64,000 bases of DNA, from positions 161,360 to 225,359 of the forward strand of contig CALGLP010000022.1 in the NCBI GenBank assembly GCA_937930175.1, in the 5' to 3' direction. The notes under the pieces are model-generated. The model was not told where the DNA came from. It saw only the letters and a program-made list of their open reading frames with translations, and ran no database searches. The translations under genes and the position numbers were made by a program. This document shows positions 41,012 through 49,888 of the stretch, one piece after another; position 1 is the stretch's first letter, and each line of letters opens with the position of its first letter. This DNA comes from an uncultured bacterium (lineage in GTDB: Bacteria > Omnitrophota > Gorgyraeia > Zapsychrales > Aceulaceae).

Positions 41012-41342
41012 TCAACTTATCAAAGCATTAGATTGTGAGGTGGTGCACCGCCGCAAAGAAACAGGCGTTAAAGATCTCAAGCATTTTGTTGTTTCGGATC
41101 TTATGAGCGATGTCCTTCTTGTCGATGGCGATGTGGATCTTTTGATCACGTCGTTAGCGACAACGCAGGCGATACGCACCGCTGATATCGTAAGTGCGAT
41201 TGGCGTTATTGTTGTTAATGGCAAGGCGGTAACCGCGGATATGAAAGTTTCTGCCAAAGAGCTTGATGTCACGTTGCTGAAGACAAAGCTATCTTCTTTT
41301 GAGGTTTGCGGCACCATTCATCATCTGAAAGGACAAGAGTGA
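41001..41342 (+). CDS. DRTGG domain protein
   Basis: Small protein with a DRTGG-like core (LLITSLATTQAIRTADIVSAIGVIVVNGK). Confidence 0.55.
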   Translation: MKIDQLIKALDCEVVHRRKETGVKDLKHFVVSDLMSDVLLVDGDVDLLITSLATTQAIRTADIVSAIGVIVVNGKAVTADMKVSAKELDVTLLKTKLSSFEVCGTIHHLKGQE

Positions 41343-42283
41343 TGACGGATAAAGGCATTCCGATCAAGATGGAAGAATCGACATCGTTGATCTTGGACTT
41401 GATCTATCAACTCAAGATTAAAGATGTCATGACTCGCAATCTGGTCATTGCTTCTCCTGAGGATTCCTTGGATCATATTAAGACATTAATGAAGCAAAGA
41501 AATGTTACCGGTATTCCGATTGTGAAGAAAGATCGGCTTTTGGGTATCTTGAGTATTGATGATATTTTTAAGGCTTTAGATAGTGGCTATATGCAAGAGC
41601 TTGCAGAAAAGCATATGTCTAAGAAGCTTGTCATGCTCGAAGAGGACATGCCGCTTGCCTTTGCGATTTCTTATTTTGATAAATTTAAGTATGGTCGTTT
41701 TCCTGTGGTTGATAAAAACAATCTTTTGGTAGGGATGATCACGAGCCGTGATATTAATGTTGGACTTTTGATGGCCATCAACAAAGAAGTTGCGCGCATG
41801 GAAGAACTTTTGGCCCAGACGACTCCTGTTGATGCGCATCATATTCGCAAGATGTTCCGTATCCGTAAGTATGATTTTGAACATGCCGGGAACGCGTCAA
41901 ATCGGATTAAAAAGCTTCTTGTGGAGCGTAAGTTGGATCCCAAAGATATTCGACGTGTTGCGGTCGCGATGTATGAGCTCGAGATTAACATTGCTGTCCA
42001 TTCTGACGGAGGAACATTGACGGTGATCATTGATCAAGATCATGCGGAGATTACTGCCAAGGACTCAGCGCCTGGGATCGAACATCCGGAACTCGCGCTT
42101 CAGGAAGGATATTCAACAGCCAACGAATGGATTAAGTCTTTGGGTTTTGGGGCCGGCATGGGGTTAGCCAATATTCGTCGTGTTTCCGATAGTTTTGATT
42201 TTCAGTCGGCGCTTGGCAAGGGAACGACCGTTCGAGCGGTTATTCATTTTAAACGAAAGGAAGAGAAAAGCCATGACCATTAG
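41342..42283 (+). CDS. CBS-pair + histidine-kinase-like ATPase (anti-sigma-factor-type Ser kinase fold)
   Basis: Two CBS motifs (VMTRNLVIASPED, PVVDKNNLLVGMITSRDI). C-terminal HATPase (GFGAGMGLANI, GKGTTV). Confidence 0.65.
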   Translation: MTDKGIPIKMEESTSLILDLIYQLKIKDVMTRNLVIASPEDSLDHIKTLMKQRNVTGIPIVKKDRLLGILSIDDIFKALDSGYMQELAEKHMSKKLVMLEEDMPLAFAISYFDKFKYGRFPVVDKNNLLVGMITSRDINVGLLMAINKEVARMEELLAQTTPVDAHHIRKMFRIRKYDFEHAGNASNRIKKLLVERKLDPKDIRRVAVAMYELEINIAVHSDGGTLTVIIDQDHAEITAKDSAPGIEHPELALQEGYSTANEWIKSLGFGAGMGLANIRRVSDSFDFQSALGKGTTVRAVIHFKRKEEKSHDH

Positions 42284-42608
42284 TGAGATGACAAAGCTTA
42301 CAGAACTTACGCTTGTGCAGAAGGAATTTGAGGATGGTGTGATTTCCGGAGGATACACATCTGATCTTTTGAGCGATGTGATCGCCAATGCTGAGGCGAA
42401 TAATATCTTGATCACAATCCAAGCGCATATTAACACCGTAGCCGTATCAAAATTGGTTGGGATTCGTGCTATTGTTATTGCTAATCATAGAGAAGTTCCT
42501 ATTGATATGGTGGAAGCGGCTCAAAAAGAAAAGATTGCCCTTTTTTCATCAACGCTTAGCCAGTTCTCCTTGTCTGTCTTGATTGGCAAGCATATCCATA
42601 AACAATGA
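42273..42608 (+). CDS. DRTGG domain protein (second copy)
   Basis: ILITIQAHINTVAVSKLVGIRAIVIANHREVPIDMVEAAQKEKIALF. Start overlaps the preceding stop. Confidence 0.55.
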   Translation: MTISEMTKLTELTLVQKEFEDGVISGGYTSDLLSDVIANAEANNILITIQAHINTVAVSKLVGIRAIVIANHREVPIDMVEAAQKEKIALFSSTLSQFSLSVLIGKHIHKQ

Positions 42609-43327
42609 TGCGCATAAAAGCGGATCTCCATATCCATTCGACAGTTTCACCTTGTGCTACTCTTTTGATGTCGCCGAAGAATATTGTTAGCGTTGCGAAG
42701 GCCAAGGGATTGTCTCTTGTGGCCCTGACCGACCATAATTGTACGCGCAATTGTCCTGCATTTTTTTCGTTGTGCAAACGTGAAAATTTATTTTGCTTGG
42801 GCGGGGCTGAAGTGACAACCGTTGAGGAATGTCATGTCCTTTGCCTTTTTGATAATCTCAAGATTATTATGGAATTTGGCCAGTACGTCGAATCCCGCTT
42901 GCCTGATGTGCCTAATCAAAGAGATCTTTTTGGTGATCAGGTTTATGTCAATGACCAGGAGGAGATCTTAGGTTCTGTGGAAAAGTATCTGGGTAATGCC
43001 ACCAGTATTAGCGTCTCTGAGCTTTGTAGGGCTGTGCATGAGCGAGGTGGTATTATTATTCCTGCGCATGTGGATCGTCCTGTTTTTGGAATGATCGCCC
43101 AATTAGGCTTTATTCCGCAGGAGCCTTTTGACGCCCTTGAGATCTATCGAAATAATAAGAGTGCCGCTATTGGCGCAGAAGAAAAGTATCCTCTTATTTC
43201 TAATTCGGATTCGCATATGCCAGATGAAGTTGGTTGTGTTTATACGGCAATGGAGATGCCGGAGATATCCTTTATCAATTTGAAAGAGGCATTGAAGCGT
43301 GGGGCAGTTTTTATTGAGCGGGGATAG
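42605..43327 (+). CDS. PHP-domain metal-dependent phosphoesterase
   Basis: ADLHIHST...ALTDHN...PAHVDRP His/Asp motifs of the PHP family. Confidence 0.75.
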   Translation: MMRIKADLHIHSTVSPCATLLMSPKNIVSVAKAKGLSLVALTDHNCTRNCPAFFSLCKRENLFCLGGAEVTTVEECHVLCLFDNLKIIMEFGQYVESRLPDVPNQRDLFGDQVYVNDQEEILGSVEKYLGNATSISVSELCRAVHERGGIIIPAHVDRPVFGMIAQLGFIPQEPFDALEIYRNNKSAAIGAEEKYPLISNSDSHMPDEVGCVYTAMEMPEISFINLKEALKRGAVFIERG

Positions 43328-43506
43328 CGGTCTTTAGCAAAGAGCAAGAATTACGACTAGATAGTTAAGACTTAAAAAACATTTTTGATTTCTAGTATTT
43401 TGTGTATAATATTTTAATTGATCGAGACAAGGTATTGCATTTTTTAACGAGCAAGGGGTGTGGGGTTGAATAAAGATGATTTTATTTTTTGGTTAAAGAA
43501 ACATGT

Positions 43507-43542
43507 GCCGGCTTACCATGAAAGGTGAGCCGGTTTTATTTT
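43507..43542 (+). terminator. Intrinsic terminator/attenuator ending 23 nt before the nuoE-like start codon
   Basis: GCCGGCTTACC-ATGAAA-GGTGAGCCGG stem followed by TTTTATTTT. RBS AAAAAGGAGG and GTG 43566 follow directly. Confidence 0.6.
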
Positions 43543-43565
43543 ATGGATTTTAAAAAGGAGGCGTT

Positions 43566-44129
43566 GTGAAGCAAATAAGCCAAGGTTTGTCAAAAGATCA
43601 GCCTGTTGGTTCCTGTTGTTGTGGTGAGTTCTCCGAACCAGAAATGTTAAAACGTCTCGATGAGATTATTGATACGTATAAGTCTGCGGATGGGGCCTTG
43701 ATCCCGATCTTGCAAACAGCTCAAAATTTATTTGGATATCTTCCGAAAAATATTTTGCGTCGGATTGGCGAACGATTGCGGATCCCGTATAGTCAAGTCG
43801 CTGGCGTTGTGTCGTTTTATTCTTTTTTCTCAACAAATCCTCGGGGTAAGAATTTAGTGCGTGTGTGTCTGGGAACCGCGTGCTATGTGCGTGGAGGCAA
43901 GGAGGTTTTGTCAACGATGCAAAAAACCCTTGGCATTAATGTTGGTGAAACAACAGCTGATAAAATGTTTTCGCTGGAGGTTGGGCGTTGTTTTGGTGCC
44001 TGTGGTTTGGCGCCTGTTGTGATGATCAACGAGGATGTTCATCAGCGGGTTAAGCCAGCAAAGATAAAAGAACTTCTAAGCTTTTATCGTGAGGCAAAGT
44101 CACAGACACAGGAGGCCGCCGCATGTTAA
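43566..44129 (+). CDS. hydC: NuoE-like 2Fe-2S subunit (HydC/HndA), second locus
   Basis: CLGTACYVRGG...CFGACGLAPV. Confidence 0.85.
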   Translation: MKQISQGLSKDQPVGSCCCGEFSEPEMLKRLDEIIDTYKSADGALIPILQTAQNLFGYLPKNILRRIGERLRIPYSQVAGVVSFYSFFSTNPRGKNLVRVCLGTACYVRGGKEVLSTMQKTLGINVGETTADKMFSLEVGRCFGACGLAPVVMINEDVHQRVKPAKIKELLSFYREAKSQTQEAAAC

Positions 44130-47100
44130 CTGACAAGATTTTATCCTTGAAAGATTTAAATCGTATCAAAGATGCTGCGGTTGCGGAAAAGGTCAAACGT
44201 AGTATTTATAAAGAGGTTTTGATCTGTGCTGGGGGAGGATGTATTGCTAGCGGTTCGCTGCAGATTAAGAAACGCTTGGAAGAGAAGATTGAGAAGAATG
44301 GAGTTGTCATCGATATTGTCGAGACAGGATGTTTAGGTCCTTGCGCTAAGGGGCCTGTGATGGTCGTAAACCCTGGGCATGTCTTTTATGAGAATGTTAC
44401 CCTTGATGATGTTGATCAAATTTTTGAGGAACATCTTTTTAAGGGGAAAATTGTTGAGCGGCTTTTGCATCGCAATTTTGAAACGAATAAACCTGTTTCT
44501 GACATCAAGGATGTTGATTTTTTTAAACGACAAACAAAAATTGTTTTGCGGAATTGCGGAACGATCGATCCTCAGAATATTGTTGATTATATTCGCGTGG
44601 ATGGATATCAGGCTTTGGCCAAGGCTTTGACGATGATGTCGGCTGATCAGATTATTGATGAGGTTAAAAAGTCAGGGCTCCGCGGCCGTGGAGGAGCAGG
44701 GTTTTCTACTGGAATGAAATGGGAATTTACACGTAAAGCGCCCGGCAGTGTTAAATACGCGATTTGCAACGCGGATGAAGGAGATCCTGGGGCTTTCATG
44801 AATCGAAGCGTTCTTGAGGGAGATCCTCATAGCGTGATCGAAGGGATGATGATCGCGGGTTTTGCGATTGGGGCTAAACAAGGATTTGTTTATGTGCGGG
44901 CGGAGTATCCGTTGGCGGTTTCACGATTGATGAAGGCGATCGAGCAGGCTCGGGCGTGTGGCCTTTTAGGAAAAAATATTCTTGGAACGGATTTTTCATT
45001 TGATTTGGATATCCGCATGGGTTCTGGGGCGTTTGTGTGCGGAGAAGAAACTGCTTTGATGGCATCATTGGAGGGAAAGCGTGGAGAGCCGCGTCCGCGT
45101 CCACCTTTTCCAGCTATTAAAGGACTTTGGGGTAAGCCGAGCTTGCTCAATAACGTTGAGACATATGTTAATGTGCCGATCATTCTCCTTAAAGGGGCCG
45201 ATTGGTTTGCGTCGATGGGAACGGAAAAAAGCAAGGGAACCAAGGTGTTTGCCTTAGCAGGGGCTGTGAACAATACAGGGCTTGTGGAGGTTCCTATTGG
45301 GACGTCGCTTGGGGAGTTAATTTATGATATTGGCGGTGGGATCAAAAATGGAAAAGAATTTAAGGCCGCTCAAATTGGAGGGCCCTCGGGAGGCTGTATC
45401 CCTAAGCAACATCTTAATGTTCCATTGGACTACGACACGCTTGTTGAGTTGGGCGCTATCATGGGATCAGGCGGGCTCATTGTGATGGATGATGATTCGT
45501 GTATTGTGGATGTGGCGCGTTTTTTTCTTGAATTTGTGCAAGATGAATCGTGCGGAAAATGTGTGCCGTGTCGTGTTGGGTCAAAACGGATGCTTGAGAT
45601 CCTTGAGAAAATTTGTAAAGGAGAAGGTAAACCAGAGCATATTAAGAAATTGCTTGAATTGGGTGAAGGAATAAAAGATGCTTCGCTTTGTGGGTTAGGC
45701 TATACCTCGGCTAATCCTGTGCGTTCAACCTTGCGTCATTTTCCTAAAGAATATGAAGAGCATATTCGTGATAAACATTGTGAGGCTGGGGTTTGCCCTG
45801 ATCTCGTGCGGGCCCCGTGCCAGAGCGCTTGCCCAGCCGGTGTTGACATTCCAGGTTTTATTGCTTTAACAGGGGAAGAACGCTACGCGGAAGCGCTCAA
45901 GCTTCATCGTGAACGCAATCCTTTTGCGGCTGTGTGCGCAAGAGTTTGTTTTCACACTTGCGAGGATAAATGTCGCCGCGCTACGCTCGATACATCGGTT
46001 TCGATTCGTGGGATCAAGCGTTTTATGGTGGACCAAGAGATTGTCGTCCAAATCCCGGAGATTCATCATAACGAGGCAAATGCTAAGAGAAAGATCGCGA
46101 TTGTTGGGGCGGGGCCTGCCGGACTGTCTTGTGCGTATTTTCTTGCGCGCTTAGGTTATCGTCCTACGGTTTTTGAGAAAGAAATGCGTCCTGGAGGGAT
46201 GCTTGTTCAAACTATTCCTGCGTATCGTTTGCCACGAGAAACCTTAGCCCGTGAAATCCGCATGATTGAGCAGCTTGGTGTTGAAATTGAAACCGGAAAG
46301 GCGCTGGGACGTGATTTTACGATTGATTCGTTAAAGAAGCATGGTTATGAGGCGATCTTTATTGCCGTAGGAGCTCCGGAAAGTGTGCGCCTTGGGCTTG
46401 ACGGCGAAGCCTCGGGAGGGGTTGTTGATGCCCTTGATTTTTTAAGAACTTATAATATCAGGGGATCTGTTCCTGTGGGTAAGAAAGTTGTTGTTGTAGG
46501 AGGTGGGAATGCCGCGATTGATGCCTCGCGGAGCGCGTTGCGTTTAGGGGCCCAAGAAGTGACGGTTGTTTATCGTCGTAGTCAAAATGAAATGCCAGCG
46601 TACGCGGAAGAAGTGGACGAGGCTTTGCATGAAGGTGTCAAGATCTTGCCTTTAACTCACCCTATCGAGATCAAAAAGGATAAGGATGGGAAAGTCTGTG
46701 GATTAAAGTGTATTCACATGAAGCTTGGGGATTTTGATCAGACAGGGCGACGACGCCCAACCGCGAACGCGGAAGATGTTTTCGATATGGAAACGGATCA
46801 AGTGATTGTTGCGATTGGACAGAAAATGGATGTTAAAAAGCTTCTTGATGGGGTAACGATGAAGCTTTCAGAGAGAAATTTTATTTATGCGGATCCGGTT
46901 TTAGGAAAAACTTCGGTGGAGGGAATTTTTGCCGGAGGGGATGCCACGACGGGTCCTTCCTCAGTTGTGATGGCGATTTCTTCAGGAGAACATGCGGCAG
47001 TTGGGATTGATCAATATTTGACCGGAGAAGAACATGCATTTTGGCGTGTGCAGAAAGCTGTTAAGGTTGATTTTGATCCCGATGCGGACCCTGCTCCATA

Positions 47101-47260
47101 TCCGCGAGATCCGTTGCGATTGATTGATGTGGCGCGTCGCAAACATAATTTTGATGAAGTTGAACAATCGTGGAATGAAGGCGTAGCTAGGCGGCAAGCC
47201 AAGCGATGTTTGCGCTGCGATTATGGAAAATGTTTAGATGAGAAAGGGGGTAAGGCGTAA
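44123..47260 (+). CDS. hydB: NuoF-like flavoprotein subunit (HydB) fused to a C-terminal GltD/NfnB-like NAD(P)H:FAD oxidoreductase domain
   Basis: The N-terminal 600 aa are collinear with the first-locus HydB (GRGGAGFSTG, ADEGDPGA, 4Fe-4S motifs). The C-terminal 440 aa carry the GltD-type Cys motifs, IVGAGPAGL and a second VVVGGGNAA dinucleotide fold. Confidence 0.85.
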   Translation: MLTDKILSLKDLNRIKDAAVAEKVKRSIYKEVLICAGGGCIASGSLQIKKRLEEKIEKNGVVIDIVETGCLGPCAKGPVMVVNPGHVFYENVTLDDVDQIFEEHLFKGKIVERLLHRNFETNKPVSDIKDVDFFKRQTKIVLRNCGTIDPQNIVDYIRVDGYQALAKALTMMSADQIIDEVKKSGLRGRGGAGFSTGMKWEFTRKAPGSVKYAICNADEGDPGAFMNRSVLEGDPHSVIEGMMIAGFAIGAKQGFVYVRAEYPLAVSRLMKAIEQARACGLLGKNILGTDFSFDLDIRMGSGAFVCGEETALMASLEGKRGEPRPRPPFPAIKGLWGKPSLLNNVETYVNVPIILLKGADWFASMGTEKSKGTKVFALAGAVNNTGLVEVPIGTSLGELIYDIGGGIKNGKEFKAAQIGGPSGGCIPKQHLNVPLDYDTLVELGAIMGSGGLIVMDDDSCIVDVARFFLEFVQDESCGKCVPCRVGSKRMLEILEKICKGEGKPEHIKKLLELGEGIKDASLCGLGYTSANPVRSTLRHFPKEYEEHIRDKHCEAGVCPDLVRAPCQSACPAGVDIPGFIALTGEERYAEALKLHRERNPFAAVCARVCFHTCEDKCRRATLDTSVSIRGIKRFMVDQEIVVQIPEIHHNEANAKRKIAIVGAGPAGLSCAYFLARLGYRPTVFEKEMRPGGMLVQTIPAYRLPRETLAREIRMIEQLGVEIETGKALGRDFTIDSLKKHGYEAIFIAVGAPESVRLGLDGEASGGVVDALDFLRTYNIRGSVPVGKKVVVVGGGNAAIDASRSALRLGAQEVTVVYRRSQNEMPAYAEEVDEALHEGVKILPLTHPIEIKKDKDGKVCGLKCIHMKLGDFDQTGRRRPTANAEDVFDMETDQVIVAIGQKMDVKKLLDGVTMKLSERNFIYADPVLGKTSVEGIFAGGDATTGPSSVVMAISSGEHAAVGIDQYLTGEEHAFWRVQKAVKVDFDPDADPAPYPRDPLRLIDVARRKHNFDEVEQSWNEGVARRQAKRCLRCDYGKCLDEKGGKA

Positions 47261-49038
47261 TGGTGAAGTTAACAATTGATCGTAACATGGTCGAAGTTCC
47301 CCCTGAGATGACGATTTTGCAGGCCGCGCGACAAATGGGCATTATTATTCCTACGTTGTGTTATCTAGAAGGTAAGGATCCTATTGGTGCCTGTCGGGTG
47401 TGCGTTGTTGAGGTGCAAGGTGGTCGTAATTTGGTATCATCTTGTTCAACGCCTGTTGCGGAAGGCATGGTTGTTTTTACCAATAGCCCCCGTGTTCGTA
47501 GAGCTCGTAAATTAGTTGTTGAGCTTCTTTTGAGTGAGCATGAAGGAGATTGTCAAATTTGTGACCGCAGTGAGGATTGCGAATTAAAATCCTTGGCTTA
47601 TAGCTTAGGAATTCGCGAGCCGCATTATGAGGGTGAAAAGCCAGAAAGGTTTTTGGATGTAAGTTCTTCCGCGCTTGTTCGAGATTCTGGCAAGTGCATA
47701 AAATGTCGTCGCTGTGTTACGGTTTGCAACGAAATTCAACACGTGGGAGCCCTTTTTCCTCAGAATCGTGGATATAAAACATTGATCGGACCTGCGTTTG
47801 CTCTAGGCCTTGAAGATGTACCTTGCGTTCAATGTGGGCAGTGTGCAGCGGTTTGTCCTGTGGGCGCGATCATTGAGAAAAGCCATGTGGATATGGTTTG
47901 GGCAGCGCTTGAGGACAAGACTAAACATGTCGTTGTGCAAACCGCTCCCGCGATTCGTGCGGCGCTAGGGGAGTGTTTTGATTATCCACCAGGAACTCTT
48001 GTGACAGGAAAAATGATCACCGCGCTTCGTCTTATGGGATTTGATGCGGTTTTTGATACTAATTTTGCGGCGGATTTGACGATCATGGAAGAAGGCACAG
48101 AGCTTTTGTTGCGTCTTAAAAAGGCGCTCGTTGAAAAACAACCCGTGGCCTTGCCTCAATTTTCAAGTTGTTCGCCGGGATGGATCAAGTTTACCGAATA
48201 TTTTTATCCAGAGTTTCTGCCGAATCTATCTTCTTGTAAGTCACCGCAACAAATGTTTGGCGCGATCGCGAAGACGTTTTATGCGCAAAAGAAGGGCTTG
48301 CGTCCTGAAGATATTGTTGTTGTGTCGGTTATGCCGTGTACGGCGAAAAAGTTTGAATCCAGCCGTCCTGAGATGAATAGTAGCGGCGTCAGAGACGTGG
48401 ATTATGTTTTGACAACACGCGAATTAGGTCAGATGATCACGGCGGCCGGTATTCATTTTACAGCGTTAGAAGACGGACAGACGGATTCGCCTCTTGGGCT
48501 TTCGTCGGGTGCCGCGGATATTTTTGCTAATAGCGGTGGGGTTATGGAGGCGGCTATCCGTACGGCTTACGAGATCGTGACAGGTCGTGAGCTTCCACTT
48601 GTAAATCTTCATGTTGAACCTTTGGCAGGGCTAAAGGGAATTAAAGAAGCAGCCCTTAAGCTTGAGCAGGTTCTTCCGGCGTGGTCTTTTTTAGAAGGTG
48701 TTGAATTAAAAGTCGCCGTCGCGCATAGCTTATCCAATGCCGCGGCCTTGCTTGATCTCATCAAGGCGGGTCAGGCCCATTATCATTTTGTTGAGGTCAT
48801 GACATGTCCTGGGGGATGTATTGGTGGAGGAGGCCAGCCGCGATTTACAACTGATGAAGTCCGTCGGGCGCGCATCAATGCGATCTACAAGGAAGACGAA
48901 GGCAAGGCAATGCGCAAATCCCATGACAATCCGGACGTAAAAAAGCTCTATGCAGAGTTTTTGACTGATGGCCCTTGTGGTCATCAAAGCCATAAGCTTT
49001 TGCATACGCATTATGTTGACCGTGGGGATAAAATTTGA
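47260..49038 (+). CDS. hydA: [FeFe]-hydrogenase catalytic subunit, second locus, with variant L1 motif
   Basis: MPCTAKKFE and EVMTCPGGCIGGGGQP are conserved. L1 reads FSSCSPGW instead of TSCCPxW. N-terminal 2Fe-2S plus ferredoxin domains. ATG overlaps the hydB stop. Confidence 0.9.
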   Translation: MVKLTIDRNMVEVPPEMTILQAARQMGIIIPTLCYLEGKDPIGACRVCVVEVQGGRNLVSSCSTPVAEGMVVFTNSPRVRRARKLVVELLLSEHEGDCQICDRSEDCELKSLAYSLGIREPHYEGEKPERFLDVSSSALVRDSGKCIKCRRCVTVCNEIQHVGALFPQNRGYKTLIGPAFALGLEDVPCVQCGQCAAVCPVGAIIEKSHVDMVWAALEDKTKHVVVQTAPAIRAALGECFDYPPGTLVTGKMITALRLMGFDAVFDTNFAADLTIMEEGTELLLRLKKALVEKQPVALPQFSSCSPGWIKFTEYFYPEFLPNLSSCKSPQQMFGAIAKTFYAQKKGLRPEDIVVVSVMPCTAKKFESSRPEMNSSGVRDVDYVLTTRELGQMITAAGIHFTALEDGQTDSPLGLSSGAADIFANSGGVMEAAIRTAYEIVTGRELPLVNLHVEPLAGLKGIKEAALKLEQVLPAWSFLEGVELKVAVAHSLSNAAALLDLIKAGQAHYHFVEVMTCPGGCIGGGGQPRFTTDEVRRARINAIYKEDEGKAMRKSHDNPDVKKLYAEFLTDGPCGHQSHKLLHTHYVDRGDKI

Positions 49039-49097
49039 TAGATTAGCGTAGCTATTGGGGAATGTTTTTTTAACGTTGGTAATCAGGAGGACAAGCG

Positions 49098-49442
49098 ATG
49101 GCATATGATCCAAAAGCGATTCTAAAGAATTTTAATAAATGCATGACCGATATCCGCAAGGCTGTGCCGTCGGAATATGACGCATTTATGCAAGAAAAAG
49201 AGATTATTTTAAAGTCAAATCGTCTTCCTGAGAAAACAAAATGGTTGTTATTGTTGGTTTCGAGCGTAAGTCAAAAATGTCCTGTTTGTTTGACGCGCGC
49301 GGTGACGCACTGTCTCAAGCAGGGATGGACAAAAAAGGAAATGCTTGAAGCGTGTATGGTCGCGGTTTTGGTTGGTGGCGCAAGCACTATGACCTATGTG
49401 ACGATGGTTGATCAGGCGATTGATGAGTTGACGAAAGGCTAA
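49098..49442 (+). CDS. Carboxymuconolactone decarboxylase / AhpD-like family protein
   Basis: CPVCLTRAVTHC (CxxC...H) core typical of the AhpD-like fold. RBS AGGAGG. Confidence 0.6.
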   Translation: MAYDPKAILKNFNKCMTDIRKAVPSEYDAFMQEKEIILKSNRLPEKTKWLLLLVSSVSQKCPVCLTRAVTHCLKQGWTKKEMLEACMVAVLVGGASTMTYVTMVDQAIDELTKG

Positions 49443-49567
49443 GAAATATTTGGTGCTCTTTCTGATAGCATAATTCGTTACATTGACCTACGGACAAGGG
49501 GCGTCAAAGCCCTGTGGCTAAGGGATCAACTCGCAGCAAATATTTGTTGGTGAGTTGTGTTTTTTAG

Positions 49568-49610
49568 AATCCCGGGTTTCCGTTAACAGGCAATCCGGGA
49601 TTTTTATTTT
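49568..49610 (+). terminator. Intrinsic terminator/attenuator ending 18 nt before the hydrogenase-maturation operon start
   Basis: AATCCCGG...CCGGGATT stem with a 19-nt loop followed by TTTTTATTTT. RBS GGAG and ATG 49629 follow. Confidence 0.55.
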
Positions 49611-49628
49611 ATTGATAGGAGAAATATA

Positions 49629-49877
49629 ATGAAAAATCGTTTAGGTTTTATTGGGATTATTATTCATGATCGGGATAAGAGTGCTGAAAAGGTTAATCAT
49701 ATTTTGCATCAGCACGCCAAAATGTTCGTCGGGCGCATGGGTATTCCGTACAAGGAAAAGAATGTGGGTGTTATTACCTTGATTGTCGATGCGGATACGG
49801 ATGACATTGGCGCCCTTACGGGCCGACTTGGCGAGATTGAAGGTGTTTCTGTTAAATCAGCGTTAGTTAAAGAATAG
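49629..49877 (+). CDS. Putative iron-only hydrogenase system regulator (TM1266-like small ACT-type protein)
   Basis: About 80-aa protein at the head of a hydEFG cluster. Sequence and context match the TM1266-like family. Confidence 0.6.
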   Translation: MKNRLGFIGIIIHDRDKSAEKVNHILHQHAKMFVGRMGIPYKEKNVGVITLIVDADTDDIGALTGRLGEIEGVSVKSALVKE

Positions 49878-49888
49878 AAAAGGTACAA

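Noticed and set aside
44890-45273. 127-aa minus-strand ORF inside the second hydB
   Set aside because: Shadow ORF of the strongly supported NuoF-like coding region.
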